A stretch of 64,000 nucleotides of DNA from Mytilus californianus (lineage: Eukaryota). This document shows positions 63,397-64,000 of the stretch, piece after piece (position 1 is the first letter of the stretch; the number at the start of each line of letters is the position of its first letter). The position numbers and the translations under genes were made by a program. The stretch is taken from contig NW_026262690.1 of assembly GCF_021869535.1 (NCBI RefSeq), forward strand, positions 43,090,001 to 43,154,000, given 5' to 3'. The notes beneath the pieces are model-generated. The model was not told the origin of the DNA and searched no databases. It saw only the letters and a program-made list of their open reading frames with translations.

Positions 63397-64000
63397 CTGA
63401 AAATATATACAAAATATTAACAATGAACTGCAGCTGTTATTTGATACATGTAAATCCTCATTTCATACACCTTACAGAATAAATCAATAATATTTACCAT
63501 ATATTCTGGTTATTATTAACTATTTTATCTAATTTTTGTGTTGGGTTGCTGCCTCATTGATGTTTATTCTACACCTCCTTTTTTCGTATTCATAAACATG
63601 AGTCCAATGAACATATCATCAGGTATACAAAGGTTGAATAATTAAATCTCCCATTGTTTGTTAAAAGTTCAGATTAACTATTTCAACACAATGAAACTCC
63701 TTGTAGCTTACATAAACGTCTTTCTACAATACTATCATGACTATTAAAAGTTGGTGTCATATGTCTTTTTGAAGTATAATCCGACTTGTTGTATTTATAA
63801 ACTTTATCCTTGTGTATCAATGTTTTTATTCATGTTATCATGTGTATAATATCAGTAAGACAGTAATAGTTTCAACTGAAATGTTTGCATTATTTTCAGT
63901 TAATTAACTATATAACATTTGTGAATCAAGTACTACTGAAAGATTTTGACTTATCAGACCTGACCAGCTGATTGAGGACTGTTGAAATCTGGAGCATTTT

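Noticed and set aside
63951-64000. Open minus-strand stretch with a GT, ending in ggagcatttt like the family A terminus
   Set aside because: The peptide does not match the expected upstream BTBD7 sequence, and the repeat match is only 10 bp.

Overview
AT-rich eukaryotic genomic DNA. The repeat families suggest a bivalve, probably a mussel such as Mytilus (inference). All recognisable host genes are on the minus strand: (1) the 5' part of a rhodopsin-type GPCR running off the left edge (1..410, missed by the ORF track); (2) a complete GPCR with an uninterrupted CDS (5442..6704); (3) a complete 14-exon serine/threonine protein phosphatase 5 gene (PPP5C, 15132..36284, 495 aa reconstructed by hand); (4) the last five coding exons of a BTBD7 orthologue (54036..63396, continuing beyond the window). 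The main finding is that PPP5C has two U12-type (minor spliceosome) introns in its catalytic domain: a textbook GT-AG one, and an AT-AC one with a non-consensus donor (ATATGCTTT). Non-coding DNA is dense in mobile elements: at least five Helentron/HINE-like families (one nested in another), Penelope-like RT relics and their dispersed 3' tails, two decayed hammerhead-ribozyme motifs, a Zator-like element with a spliced transposase relic, a hAT-like element with a 5-bp TSD, MULE-like and Tc1/mariner-like MITEs, SINEs, a LINE relic and minisatellites. No rRNA, intact tRNA or CRISPR array was found. All homology calls come from motif recognition and memory, not database searches.
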